Below, piece by piece: positions 41,122 through 51,353 of a DNA stretch of 64,000 bases (its first letter is position 1; each line of letters opens with the position of its first letter). The stretch is from a virus. Both the position numbers and the translations under genes were made by a program. The notes below the pieces were generated by a model. That model was not told the DNA's origin, searched no databases, and saw only the letters and a program-made list of their open reading frames with translations. Where the stretch lies: positions 27,723-91,722 of the IMG/VR virus record IMGVR_UViG_3300005613_000025. One strand, written 5' to 3'.

Positions 41122-41833
41122 TGTTTTTTATCGTATCATATATCTTATCATATATATCTTTAACATCATCATTCATGTCACATTTTACTGAAACACGACC
41201 ATCATTGAAACTTATATCAATATCAATTGTACCATCTGAGAACATGTGCAGTTCATTTGGAAACGACCATTCCAGTGATGCAATATCAACATGCTCATAC
41301 TCTATATTACTTATCAATTTGGTGAATTCAAGATCAGTCATTCGGTAACGACTCACGACATCATTTACAATTTGAATTTTATCACTGAATATATCATTCA
41401 TTATTTTTTCAGTATGGTCCATTATGACCTCGAATATCGAATCTAGCAATCTGAGCTTTAAAAATGTATCCTCATCTGTTATCATTATGTACTGGTCATT
41501 TGATAGTTGTTGCATGAACTCTGCAACTTTATAAACACCATCAGCTTGTTTATCTATTATTATCTGAATGTCATCCAGGTCACTTTGGTTCAGAAATTCA
41601 GTTTTTTCATAATCACGGTGATCCATTTTGAAAATGATACCATTCGGTGATTTACCATCCTCATATTGTGTGTAAATGTCCCAATATAGATTCACCTTTT
41701 CTGTTTCGGGAATTGCAAAATCCAACCTCACTGAGAGAAAGTCTTCAACTATTTCACTTAATTGATCCAAGTAATTGAACATCGACTCGGAAATAAACTC
41801 TGAATATTTTAATAATTTCTTGTTAGGGGCCAT
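41072..41833 (-). CDS. Acidic hypothetical protein
   Basis: KLLKYSEFISE N-terminal motif. Confidence 0.6.
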   Translation of the reverse strand: MAPNKKLLKYSEFISESMFNYLDQLSEIVEDFLSVRLDFAIPETEKVNLYWDIYTQYEDGKSPNGIIFKMDHRDYEKTEFLNQSDLDDIQIIIDKQADGVYKVAEFMQQLSNDQYIMITDEDTFLKLRLLDSIFEVIMDHTEKIMNDIFSDKIQIVNDVVSRYRMTDLEFTKLISNIEYEHVDIASLEWSFPNELHMFSDGTIDIDISFNDGRVSVKCDMNDDVKDIYDKIYDTIKNNELLYESLKYTITGNK

Positions 41834-41854
41834 TATAACGGTATATATAAAAAT

Positions 41855-42580
41855 ATGAACGGTGAAATTATTCTTGGTGACGCATTTGATGTTATAAAAA
41901 ACATTGAAAATAGATCAGTTGACCTCATACTCACAGACCCACCATATAATATTTCAAAGCAATCATGTTTTAATAAGAGTGATTATCATTTCAAGTTCAG
42001 TCAGATGAGCCACGATTTTGGTGAATGGGATCATAACGAGATAGATATTTATGCATTGTTCAAAGAATTTTACAGAGTGCTGAGAAAGGGAGGTACAGTA
42101 ATAATGTTCTATGATATTTGGAAAGCAGATCTTGTCAAGGCGGCGGCAGAAAAGGCAAATTTCAAACAGCCAAGAATAGGTCAATGGTTGAAGAACAATC
42201 CAGTGCCAATAAATTCAAAGAGAAATTATCTGTCGAATGCGTCTGAATATTTTTTCATGTTCGTAAAATCTGGAAAACCAACCTTCAAATCTGAATATGA
42301 TAATGCCATATACCGACATGCTCTGTGTCACGGACATGAGAGAACGAAACATACTACACAGAAGCCACTTAATCTGTTCAAAGAACTCATTGAAAAACAC
42401 AGCAATGTCGATGATCTTGTACTTGACACTTTCTCAGGATCCGGTACAACGGCAGTTGCCTGTGAACATCTCAATAGAAGATACATATGTGTTGAGAAAA
42501 ATAAGGAATATTTTGATATTTCAAATACAAGATTAAACAATATGATCACTGATACATATAAAGAAAAAAATAACAATTAG
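41855..42580 (+). CDS. DNA methyltransferase (beta class, N6-A/N4-C)
   Basis: LTDPPY, HTTQKP, DTFSGSGTT. Confidence 0.94.
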   Translation: MNGEIILGDAFDVIKNIENRSVDLILTDPPYNISKQSCFNKSDYHFKFSQMSHDFGEWDHNEIDIYALFKEFYRVLRKGGTVIMFYDIWKADLVKAAAEKANFKQPRIGQWLKNNPVPINSKRNYLSNASEYFFMFVKSGKPTFKSEYDNAIYRHALCHGHERTKHTTQKPLNLFKELIEKHSNVDDLVLDTFSGSGTTAVACEHLNRRYICVEKNKEYFDISNTRLNNMITDTYKEKNNN

Positions 42581-42582
42581 AT

Positions 42583-42993
42583 ATGTCATTCAAAGTAAAA
42601 AATTCACAATTATCGAATGAGGCACTTGGTGTTCTCAATTCATTGATCGAAATGAATATCAATGCAACTTCTGCTTTCAAGCTTGCAAGGATAGTAAAGC
42701 ACCTTTCATCCATTGTTGAGGATAAGATCAACGCTGAAAAAAGAATATACCAAAAGTATGTTGAGCGTGATGAATCGGGAAATCCAATCGTACCAAAGGA
42801 CAATGATGGTAATCCAATTGAAGGATCAGTCGCTATCAGTGACATGAATGCCTTTTCAAATGAGATGAACCAGCTTTTGGCAATTGAGAGTGAGGTTCCG
42901 TTTGAAAAGATAAATTTTCAGGATCTCGATCTGAAAACAGCAAAGGTTAAGGATATGTTGAAAATAGAATTTCTTTTTTCAGACCTTTCTTAA
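42583..42993 (+). CDS. Hypothetical helical phage protein
   Basis: 136-aa ORF with normal codon usage. Confidence 0.65.
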   Translation: MSFKVKNSQLSNEALGVLNSLIEMNINATSAFKLARIVKHLSSIVEDKINAEKRIYQKYVERDESGNPIVPKDNDGNPIEGSVAISDMNAFSNEMNQLLAIESEVPFEKINFQDLDLKTAKVKDMLKIEFLFSDLS

Positions 42994-43305
42994 TATCAAC
43001 ATGTTATTTGTTCTTATGACCTGCCAACCGGCAGGTTTTTTTCTTTCAAATATATCATAACAGATATTCATCCATTTTCTTGCATCATAGAATTCTGTGT
43101 TGGTTGCATAAGCGGTCATTATCTGTGTGATATTACTATTTCGATTAAGAAATCGGTCAACTTTTTTTTGAAAAATATTGAAAAGTGAGAAAAGATTTAT
43201 CTTATTTTTCGAATTATCCAATCGGATTATCTCCAAACAGATAGTGGTTTTATTGATTTCTTTGATATCAAGTGAAAAATTAACATTATCGATATTTTCT
43301 ATCAT
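42979..43305 (-). CDS. Hypothetical protein
   Basis: ORF fills the gap between genes. Confidence 0.5.
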   Translation of the reverse strand: MIENIDNVNFSLDIKEINKTTICLEIIRLDNSKNKINLFSLFNIFQKKVDRFLNRNSNITQIMTAYATNTEFYDARKWMNICYDIFERKKPAGWQVIRTNNMLILRKV

Positions 43306-43352
43306 CTTAAAGGATCAATTTTTTTATATATAAGAAAACTTAATATCCGATA

Positions 43353-44801
43353 ATGTCTGCAACTTACTCGATCAATATTGGCAACACAACAGAGGCCGTG
43401 TCATTCAACAATATCTCTGCCATGTTGAATGGTTTGCCCAACAATACAAACCGACAAATCACCCCAAGAGATGTTAGAAATGCTGTTTTCTCGAACTGGG
43501 AAATGACAATTTTCAAATACACCACGGCAGGAACAAATGAATATATCGGTATTGACAGAGATGATATCAAAGATAAGATATTCATCGGTAAAAAGAAACT
43601 GAATACAACAAACATAATTTCAAATACATTGGCATCATCTGATGTTGATATTTTCTTTTATAACACGAAAAGTGATACTGCACCCTCACAGACAACTAAA
43701 ATTCAATTTTTAGGAGGTGATGATACATCAATACATCAGTATGCTCCATATCTATCGGTTCAAAAGGTTGCAGGTCTGACACCATCACTTTCATTGACAC
43801 TTGCACACACCAATCCGTTCGGTGGTGACTTTAACTTTCAAGCTGGGAATGATGGAAGAATATCTTTGAACAACTTGGTATTCCCATCAGTGAATGAGTT
43901 ATCCTTGATGGGTAGCAATCAAGTGATATCAACCGATAGGTTCTTAGTGAGAACACAAGCAGGATTCGTAGAGTTGAAAACTGCAAGTTTCTCATCAGCA
44001 ACACTTCCAACATTCACAGATTCAATGCCAACACCAGTGGATTTTGGAGGAATTCCGGCTGGTTCAACATTTTCGAATGTTCCACTTGAAGAAATGATAA
44101 GACAGATGCTTTATCCATATCTTGGCCCACTTGCATCAATTCTTATAACAAATTCTGTAAGAGAGAGAAATCATGTTGCATCTGATATAGTAAATTATGA
44201 ATATACACTCACAAAGCGAACTGCTCCTGTGACATCTCAGATAACATTTGATGGTGCAACACCGCCGATCGCACCGGTAGTTGGTCCATCGATCGGTGGA
44301 TCATCATTTGTGACAAATACATATACTGCATCACAGACATTGACGAATGCTCAGATACAGAACTCTACATCAGGAACCTTTACATTCTCTGTTATTGTAA
44401 CAGATGGAACACAGTCAAGCACAGCATCACAACAGGTCAATTATGTTTATCCTTATTATTATGGATTCTCTCCAACAACCAGTTCACCAGCAGCTCAGAT
44501 CGCATCTGGAACATTCAGTAAACTGATAGATGTTTATGCAAGTCAATCAGTTGCACTTGCTGGAACAGGATACTTACACTTTTGTTATCCTGAAACATAT
44601 GGAGATATCAATGAGATATATGATAGTAATGGATTCTTATTATATCAAGGAGGATCTGCGTCCACCTCATGGACATATTCAACCGTTGGTGGTGTGAGTT
44701 CAGAACTTGGTCTTTGGTCAGGTGTTACATATAGGATATACAGAACAACCTCACAGGTTACAATACCATTACCATCAGAACTTTATGAATTCAATTTTTA
44801 A
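43353..44801 (+). CDS. Probable virion structural protein (tail/fibre-associated)
   Basis: Thr/Ser/Gly-rich beta composition; ITPRDVR, GGIPAGSTF..MLYPY. Confidence 0.6.
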   Translation: MSATYSINIGNTTEAVSFNNISAMLNGLPNNTNRQITPRDVRNAVFSNWEMTIFKYTTAGTNEYIGIDRDDIKDKIFIGKKKLNTTNIISNTLASSDVDIFFYNTKSDTAPSQTTKIQFLGGDDTSIHQYAPYLSVQKVAGLTPSLSLTLAHTNPFGGDFNFQAGNDGRISLNNLVFPSVNELSLMGSNQVISTDRFLVRTQAGFVELKTASFSSATLPTFTDSMPTPVDFGGIPAGSTFSNVPLEEMIRQMLYPYLGPLASILITNSVRERNHVASDIVNYEYTLTKRTAPVTSQITFDGATPPIAPVVGPSIGGSSFVTNTYTASQTLTNAQIQNSTSGTFTFSVIVTDGTQSSTASQQVNYVYPYYYGFSPTTSSPAAQIASGTFSKLIDVYASQSVALAGTGYLHFCYPETYGDINEIYDSNGFLLYQGGSASTSWTYSTVGGVSSELGLWSGVTYRIYRTTSQVTIPLPSELYEFNF

Positions 44802-44817
44802 AAAATAAACAAATGAT

Positions 44818-46296
44818 ATGCCAAACATAATAGAAGGATTTTTTCTTGGAAATGCAACACCGATCGACACAAGAATAGTTGCACAAAATGCAACAGAGAG
44901 ACTGAATATTCAATATAAATACGATGGTCTGAAAGTATTTCAGACCGATACAAGAGAATCTTGGGTGTGGAATCAATCGATACCTGATTGGGAATTGGAA
45001 GGATCAGGAACATTGACCGGTTTGGGTGATCCAAATTATGTTGCAAAATGGGCATCAACAGGATCACTTACAGCATCCAACATATATATAGATCCTTCAA
45101 ATAACAATATCGGTGTGGGAACAACCTCTCCACAATCAATTCTACAATTGAACTCATCAACAACTCAGCCTTTCAATATCAATAATTCATCGGATGGAAT
45201 TGGTATATCTTATAACTGGCGGTATCAATCAGGAAATAATGTTCACAATGCTGCTCAAGGATCCGTAAAGGTTGAGATGATGTCACAAGGATCAAGTTTT
45301 CTTGTATCAACAAGACAGAGTGGTGATCCAGGATCAGATTTTCATGATCTTTTTTGGATCAACCGAGAATCAGGTAGTGAGGGATGGAATATTTTGAAAT
45401 CACCACAGAGTGGTAACTTCATAAATGGTAAAACAATATTTGATAATCAATTCTTCCAAACAGGAGATCCAGTTATTACATATTCAAAACCACAACATGT
45501 TTATGTTGATCAATCATTCAGAACCAATTCTGCCGAACACGAGTCTGTTACGAAATTGACCTTTGAGGTCAGTGGTTTTATTAACATAATAACAAGACAA
45601 TTTGGTGCAACAAGACTTAACAATACACTACCGGTTGCTACAACACAACAAGGCGTTTCGACAACATATACACTTAATGCAACAGATAGGAATATAATAC
45701 TTGACTTAAAAACTGCAACACCGATGATAATAAACTTGGGTGATATCAATACAAATAATACAGATAATGTTGGTCGTGTGTTGGATGTTTCTGTTCATAG
45801 CTCAAATTCAAGTAATGGTCAAGTAAGTTTTACAGCAACACAGGATATAGTTGATATCAACGGAAATTCAACTGACCTTACTTTGAGACCAGGGGAATCT
45901 ACAAAATTGATAGCAAGTGTTCAATCCGGTGTTGTGAAATGGCAAATATTACACAGAGTTAATCGAAAACCATATAAATCATATGTTGCAAAATTATCAC
46001 AATCTGGAACTTCTGCACCAACTGCTACTGTAATGGAGAATACATTTACAACGAATCCGACATTTACGAGAATACCTACCGGTAGATACAATTTAGAAAT
46101 AACAGGTGCTTTCCCTTTGGACAAAACATTTGTAATGATAAAATCGATCAGTGGTGGTCTAACAACCAATGTTTACACATTCGAAGCTTTAAGACAGGAT
46201 GTTGATAAAATACTTATACTTTCAAGAAATGAATCAAACTTACTTGCCGATAGTTTATTAAATGATACTGAAATAGAAATAAGGGTATATTATTGA
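44818..46296 (+). CDS. Probable tail fibre/appendage protein
   Basis: NIGVGTTSPQSILQL fibre motif; C-terminal YVAKLSQSGTSAP..IEIRVY domain. Confidence 0.65.
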   Translation: MPNIIEGFFLGNATPIDTRIVAQNATERLNIQYKYDGLKVFQTDTRESWVWNQSIPDWELEGSGTLTGLGDPNYVAKWASTGSLTASNIYIDPSNNNIGVGTTSPQSILQLNSSTTQPFNINNSSDGIGISYNWRYQSGNNVHNAAQGSVKVEMMSQGSSFLVSTRQSGDPGSDFHDLFWINRESGSEGWNILKSPQSGNFINGKTIFDNQFFQTGDPVITYSKPQHVYVDQSFRTNSAEHESVTKLTFEVSGFINIITRQFGATRLNNTLPVATTQQGVSTTYTLNATDRNIILDLKTATPMIINLGDINTNNTDNVGRVLDVSVHSSNSSNGQVSFTATQDIVDINGNSTDLTLRPGESTKLIASVQSGVVKWQILHRVNRKPYKSYVAKLSQSGTSAPTATVMENTFTTNPTFTRIPTGRYNLEITGAFPLDKTFVMIKSISGGLTTNVYTFEALRQDVDKILILSRNESNLLADSLLNDTEIEIRVYY

Positions 46297-46967
46297 TCCA
46301 ATTTCTCGAACCACCAATTGAAATAGATGAAATTCTCATTCCTCAGAACATATTGATCGCCTTCATATGAAATATGTATCCTATCATTATATGATTTCAG
46401 AACTTCAACTTCAGCACCTTGTTTTATTTTCATCATTTTACCATCCAATGAAGAATAACAAATAACATGGTCTCTCATCAATTTGAACTTACCTGTCTGT
46501 GGTTTTAAAAATGTCTGTATCGTCTTTATTAAGAATCCTTTCAACCTTTTGACCCATATATGTGTCTGAATAAGAGAAGTGTCAGTGAACACCTCTGAAA
46601 TAACTTGTGCATTACCCAATATATCTTTTATCACACCCCAATATTCTTCTTCATCAATATTGAAACTTATATAAACATCATATGTGAAATTTGCATTTCT
46701 TGTTATTCTGATTATCTTAAGAGATTGAACATTCTGGTCATCAAGTGATAATCTTGATTTCAGATTCTTGTATGCAGCAGATCCACCAAGTGATTTATGT
46801 ATGTCTCCGATACGGGAAAGAGCCTGCCTTATCATATCCTGATGTTTATCAAATGCATCGATCGAAAGTTCAGGGTTCTGAACCCACATGGCAGGCTGGA
46901 CAGCATCAGGATTGAACCGTTGCAAGTTGAATTCAGTGAATTCTCTGATGAGTTTTGGTCTTTTCAT
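46290..46967 (-). CDS. Hypothetical protein
   Basis: KLIREFTEFN N-terminal motif. Confidence 0.6.
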   Translation of the reverse strand: MKRPKLIREFTEFNLQRFNPDAVQPAMWVQNPELSIDAFDKHQDMIRQALSRIGDIHKSLGGSAAYKNLKSRLSLDDQNVQSLKIIRITRNANFTYDVYISFNIDEEEYWGVIKDILGNAQVISEVFTDTSLIQTHIWVKRLKGFLIKTIQTFLKPQTGKFKLMRDHVICYSSLDGKMMKIKQGAEVEVLKSYNDRIHISYEGDQYVLRNENFIYFNWWFEKLDQ

Positions 46968-46968
46968 T

Positions 46969-46982
46969 TTAATATATATTAA
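46969..46982. promoter_or_regulatory. Palindromic TTAATATATATTAA, candidate bidirectional phage promoter
   Basis: Carries TAATATATA on both strands, between divergent genes starting at 46967 and 47000. Confidence 0.55.
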
Positions 46983-46999
46983 AAATCAATTTTGCTAAA

Positions 47000-47302
47000 A
47001 TGAGAATTCTTAAATTCAACGAACAAGTGGAAAACATGTCATCAGAGAGAATAGATGAAATAACCGAAGAGTTAACTTTGATGTCAGAATATATCAATGA
47101 GAAAAAAGAATTCTTTGATCAGGTATTGAACGAACTTGATCAGTTCAAAAGTGACAATTCGAACAAGATAGACCAGATCGATGAAACTATCAAGAACATG
47201 CAATTGATAAACAGTACATTTGATGACCTATCTGATAAGTTGGATAATTGCATGGTTGAATTGAAAAGTTACAAAGACGAAGGAAGGCAATATTTGTACT
47301 AA
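47000..47302 (+). CDS. Small coiled-coil protein
   Basis: MRILKFNEQ start. Confidence 0.65.
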   Translation: MRILKFNEQVENMSSERIDEITEELTLMSEYINEKKEFFDQVLNELDQFKSDNSNKIDQIDETIKNMQLINSTFDDLSDKLDNCMVELKSYKDEGRQYLY

Positions 47303-47326
47303 ACATTTGACATTCAATTCATTATA

Positions 47327-48841
47327 ATGTCTATGTTAATAGACACAGAATACTTAAGCCGCTCACAGAAACTGGTATGTTCATATATTGACTCTGCCGG
47401 TGAGATCAAATTGAAATACTTTGATTTCACAACACCTATGAAATATGTGACATGTGATGATACAGACCCACAGAAACACCCAACATACAGATCTTGGGAT
47501 GATAAGGCAGTGAAGCAGGTCATGACAAATAGACCTGATAGATACGCCATATATGAATTCTTGGATCAACAGGATGAAAAAACAAAAGATGAGATATTCG
47601 GATTTCACACACCGAACATATATTTTGTCGATATCGAGACCGAGATAGATCCTGCAACTGGTGCATACTCACAACCTGATGATCCGAATGGTAGGATCAT
47701 ATCTGTTTCGGTTGTTTATGATGAAAAGATAATTCTGATGGGATTGAAAGATATGCCAGATGACATGCAAAAAAGAATTGAAAAGAATACGAATGAATAT
47801 TTCAATGATGGTGTTGAATATAAGCTCAAATATGTCAAATTCCAAGATGAATTTGATATGTTGTGGACCTTCTTCAACAAAATGACCGTAAAGATGCCAC
47901 TCATCACTGGTTGGAACTTCCTCAACTTCGACTGGAGATATCTTGTGAACAGAGCAAGAAAGCTCACAAAGACGGTCAATAATCAAACAATGATAATTGA
48001 TCCTAAGATAAGTTCACATACAAGAAGACTCAGAACATTGTTCGGAACAGATTATGAGGTTCCTATGCATAGGATGGTATTTGATTACATGCAACTTTAT
48101 GAAGTTGCAGATACATCTATCAAAGTGAAAGAATCATCCTCACTTGACTTTGTTTCTTCGAAATTGGTCGGTGTTGAAAAGATCAAATATAATGGGTCAC
48201 TTCAAAAATTATATGAAGATGATTTTGAAACTTTCATGTATTATAACGCAGTTGACTCGGCATTGGTTCAAAAGATACACCAATCAAAGAATTACATATC
48301 GATCATATTTGCAATTTCATCATTGTCACAGATAAAAGTAACAGATGTTGTATCTCAGATGAACAATGCACTTGCATCACTTGCCATCACCGAAGGTGTT
48401 CTCAGAGGCAGATTCAGAGAAATGCAGAATGTGGTTCTTTTCAAAGATGAGAATTTCTCATCACAATCTGCGAAAGGAATTGCAGGTGGATATGTGATGG
48501 ATCCAGTTCAAGGTATGAACCTTTGGGTTGCCTGTTATGACTTTGCAAGTCTTTATCCCACGACCATGGATCAATTCTTCATTGCACCTGAAACATTCGT
48601 TGGTGTTCAGGGAGAAGATAAAGCATATTGTTTCAACGGTAATAAGAGAACAAAGATAGATAAGACGATACATGTGGTCTGCAACAATGGATGTGTTTTC
48701 AAAAAAGAACTTACTCCAACTCTTAAGATGATCAAAGATGTTTATGCCGACAGAAAAAAGAACAAAAAGATAATGATGCAGAAAAAAGAAGAACTTAACA
48801 AAGTTCTTCACGAAATCCAAAAATTGGAAGCCACTATTTGA
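47327..48841 (+). CDS. Family-B DNA polymerase, N-terminal part (3'-5' exonuclease plus motif A)
   Basis: DIET, GWNFLNFD, YNAVD, GGYV, YDFASLYP; ends in the fingers region without motifs B and C. Confidence 0.88.
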   Translation: MSMLIDTEYLSRSQKLVCSYIDSAGEIKLKYFDFTTPMKYVTCDDTDPQKHPTYRSWDDKAVKQVMTNRPDRYAIYEFLDQQDEKTKDEIFGFHTPNIYFVDIETEIDPATGAYSQPDDPNGRIISVSVVYDEKIILMGLKDMPDDMQKRIEKNTNEYFNDGVEYKLKYVKFQDEFDMLWTFFNKMTVKMPLITGWNFLNFDWRYLVNRARKLTKTVNNQTMIIDPKISSHTRRLRTLFGTDYEVPMHRMVFDYMQLYEVADTSIKVKESSSLDFVSSKLVGVEKIKYNGSLQKLYEDDFETFMYYNAVDSALVQKIHQSKNYISIIFAISSLSQIKVTDVVSQMNNALASLAITEGVLRGRFREMQNVVLFKDENFSSQSAKGIAGGYVMDPVQGMNLWVACYDFASLYPTTMDQFFIAPETFVGVQGEDKAYCFNGNKRTKIDKTIHVVCNNGCVFKKELTPTLKMIKDVYADRKKNKKIMMQKKEELNKVLHEIQKLEATI

Positions 48842-48866
48842 ATGTTTTTGAAAAAAATTGAAATAT

Positions 48867-49868
48867 TCAATTGAACATTTTCTTGTAAAGATCAGGAGCA
48901 GTTTCAATATCAAGAACTTTGGCCTTTATTGTTTCAATGTTGTTGTTTATTGCCTTTTGTAATCTGTGATGACCATCAAGTATCATTCCCCAACTACCAT
49001 CTTGTTTCTTAACTATTATTATCGGATAGTCTAAAATGGCTCTTTGAACACGGTCTAATGTTGCCTTATCTTTCTTGTCTTTATGAATTGACAGATCAGC
49101 TATTTCACTGACAGGTATCTCGGTGATATCAACATCTTTAAGATGATCTTCAACATCATGTATTGTTATTGTTTCTGACCTGCCATCAATATCCATTGTC
49201 CAACTAGTCGATCGGTAATTGTCATTTTCATTTTTCAATATCTTATTGAGTGTGTATGGTGATGGAAAATATCCGATCTCTTTAGTTGTTTTTTTCACAT
49301 TATTATAAAGATTCGTATAAAACCTATCATAACTTTTGAATATGTGATTTCTGTCACTATCAACATAATCGATCACTCTTCTGGATTCGATGAAATCAAG
49401 TATATCTCTCACATTGAATCTAGAACAGGCACCTCCGATAACTGCATTTTTCGGAAATACACCGAATCCTTTCTCACCTTCTGAAAATTCAACATCTTTG
49501 AAAATGTTCAATTCTGGATTCAATTTCAATAGTTCATTGAATATGATATCTGTTATCTCCTCATCATTTATGAAAATACCTGATAGATTCTCAATATGTT
49601 CTTCATCCATATTGAACGGCATTTTCCATTTATTTGACAATCCAGACACACCTGATGTTTTTTCAAGCTCTTCTGCCGGAAAGTGTGTTTTAAAATAAAT
49701 ATCCTCCTGTGGATCATCTTTAGAATTCCTTCTCAGATTGTCAAGTAATGCAATGACCCTATCAAGATCGCCTTGTTTCATTGATTGTTCCAGCTTTTCA
49801 ATGTCATCGTGAAATTTGTGTGGAATTATTTCTTTTTGAAACTTTTCGAATAACTTTAAATATCTCAT
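48867..49868 (-). CDS. Protein with C-terminal ParB/Srx-like domain
   Basis: YPIII..ILDGHHRLQKA; MRYLKLFEKF start. Confidence 0.75.
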   Translation of the reverse strand: MRYLKLFEKFQKEIIPHKFHDDIEKLEQSMKQGDLDRVIALLDNLRRNSKDDPQEDIYFKTHFPAEELEKTSGVSGLSNKWKMPFNMDEEHIENLSGIFINDEEITDIIFNELLKLNPELNIFKDVEFSEGEKGFGVFPKNAVIGGACSRFNVRDILDFIESRRVIDYVDSDRNHIFKSYDRFYTNLYNNVKKTTKEIGYFPSPYTLNKILKNENDNYRSTSWTMDIDGRSETITIHDVEDHLKDVDITEIPVSEIADLSIHKDKKDKATLDRVQRAILDYPIIIVKKQDGSWGMILDGHHRLQKAINNNIETIKAKVLDIETAPDLYKKMFN

Positions 49869-49886
49869 AAAATATAAATTTTAATT

Positions 49887-51164
49887 TTAAACATATAAAT
49901 AACTTTGATGATTTATATAACCCACCAAAGACTTACCTGTTTTAAATTTACTGAAAACAACTCCTGTTGAAACCCGGTATCTCATTCCCAGATTTTTTAT
50001 AAAACTAAATAATTCTTTCCAAGTCTTAAAATCATCCAAATTAAATTTGTCCTTCCATTGGCTCTTTAATTCTTCTTTTAATTTTAATTCTGGGTAGAAT
50101 TGTTTAGTTTTTTTAATTATACATTCAAATCCTCTACGCCCAATTTCTAAACTTGCGTTTACTGGATCATCGAAATTCCATTGAAGATTTCCAATGAAAC
50201 TTGAATAAGCTGGATTAACTCGATAGAGTTTTTGTCCATTCATGGAACATCTTTTTTCTAAATTATTAATTAATATTTCTCTTTTCCATAAATTTTTGTT
50301 CTTTCTATTATATCTTGTATTTCCTTTAAAACTTAGATCTTCTATAAATATAAATTTACACCCAAATTTCTTTGAAATTTCACTTATATCCTTAGATATT
50401 TCGAGGATTTCGTGGTTTAATTTATTATTTAGTGATTTAAATTTTGGATTAGAACTTGAAACTCCTAAACCAATTATTTTATCAGTTAATTTTCTAACTG
50501 AGTAAAGTTTTGTATGGATGATTTTATCATCTTCTTTAATGGAAATTCCAATATATTCTGGATTTAAATCGATTCCTAAATATCTATTTTCGTTTAAATT
50601 TATAGTTTCTTTGGTTTCTTCAAAACTTATAAGTAAGTGTTTATCAGTTAGTTTGACTGAATAAGTTATTGGAGTTTCCATTAAATTATAGAATTCTTTA
50701 TATGATCCTCTTAATTTAGGAATTTGGAGTTCAAAATGTTCTTTTCTTGAATGTTTATAGATTATTTTATCATTAAATAAATCCAGTTTAAATTTTCTAT
50801 TACCACCATTAGCCTTTTCACCAAAGATATTCAGTGGTAATAATTTATTCTCCTTATAAACTTCCTTACTAATTAAACCTTTTAGATATCTAACCATATT
50901 TAACTTCCCACCAAAGATAACTTTATTTTCTCCATTTCTTTTTAAGATTTGTTTAGCTTCGTTGATAGAACACTGACGTGTCCAAGCATCCAAGTTATCT
51001 ATGTTATTTAATTCTTTATGTAGAACTCTTATGTCTTTTTCGGGTGTTCCTTCTTTTAATCTGTTATATGAATACCTAACCAAACTTGAGTATTCTCGTC
51101 TTAAATCATTCAAGAATAATTTAAATTCATCACTGGATTTATAAGGAATTTTAAGAGTTAGCAT
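49887..51164 (-). mobile_element. tnpB: IS200/IS605-family TnpB-like RuvC protein, no tnpA adjacent
   Basis: LGIDLNP, FIEDL, VNPAYSS, DPVNASLEIGRRG; more AT-rich than the flanks. Confidence 0.8.
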
Positions 51165-51353
51165 ATATCTATATATTAAAATCTTAAACTCACTTTTAGT
51201 TATTATTAAAACTTAAATAATTTAAATGACATAAGTTATTATTGTTATTTATAAATAACAACATTATATATTACATTTTAAAAATTATTTTTCAAACTAA
51301 GCAAGAGAAATGCAATATAAACATATATATTGCTAAAAAATAATCATTAATAT

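Noticed and set aside
49887-51164. Calling the RuvC protein a Cas12 effector for the mini-arrays
   Set aside because: It lies more than 12 kb from either array and has no adjacent repeats; TnpB is the simpler call.
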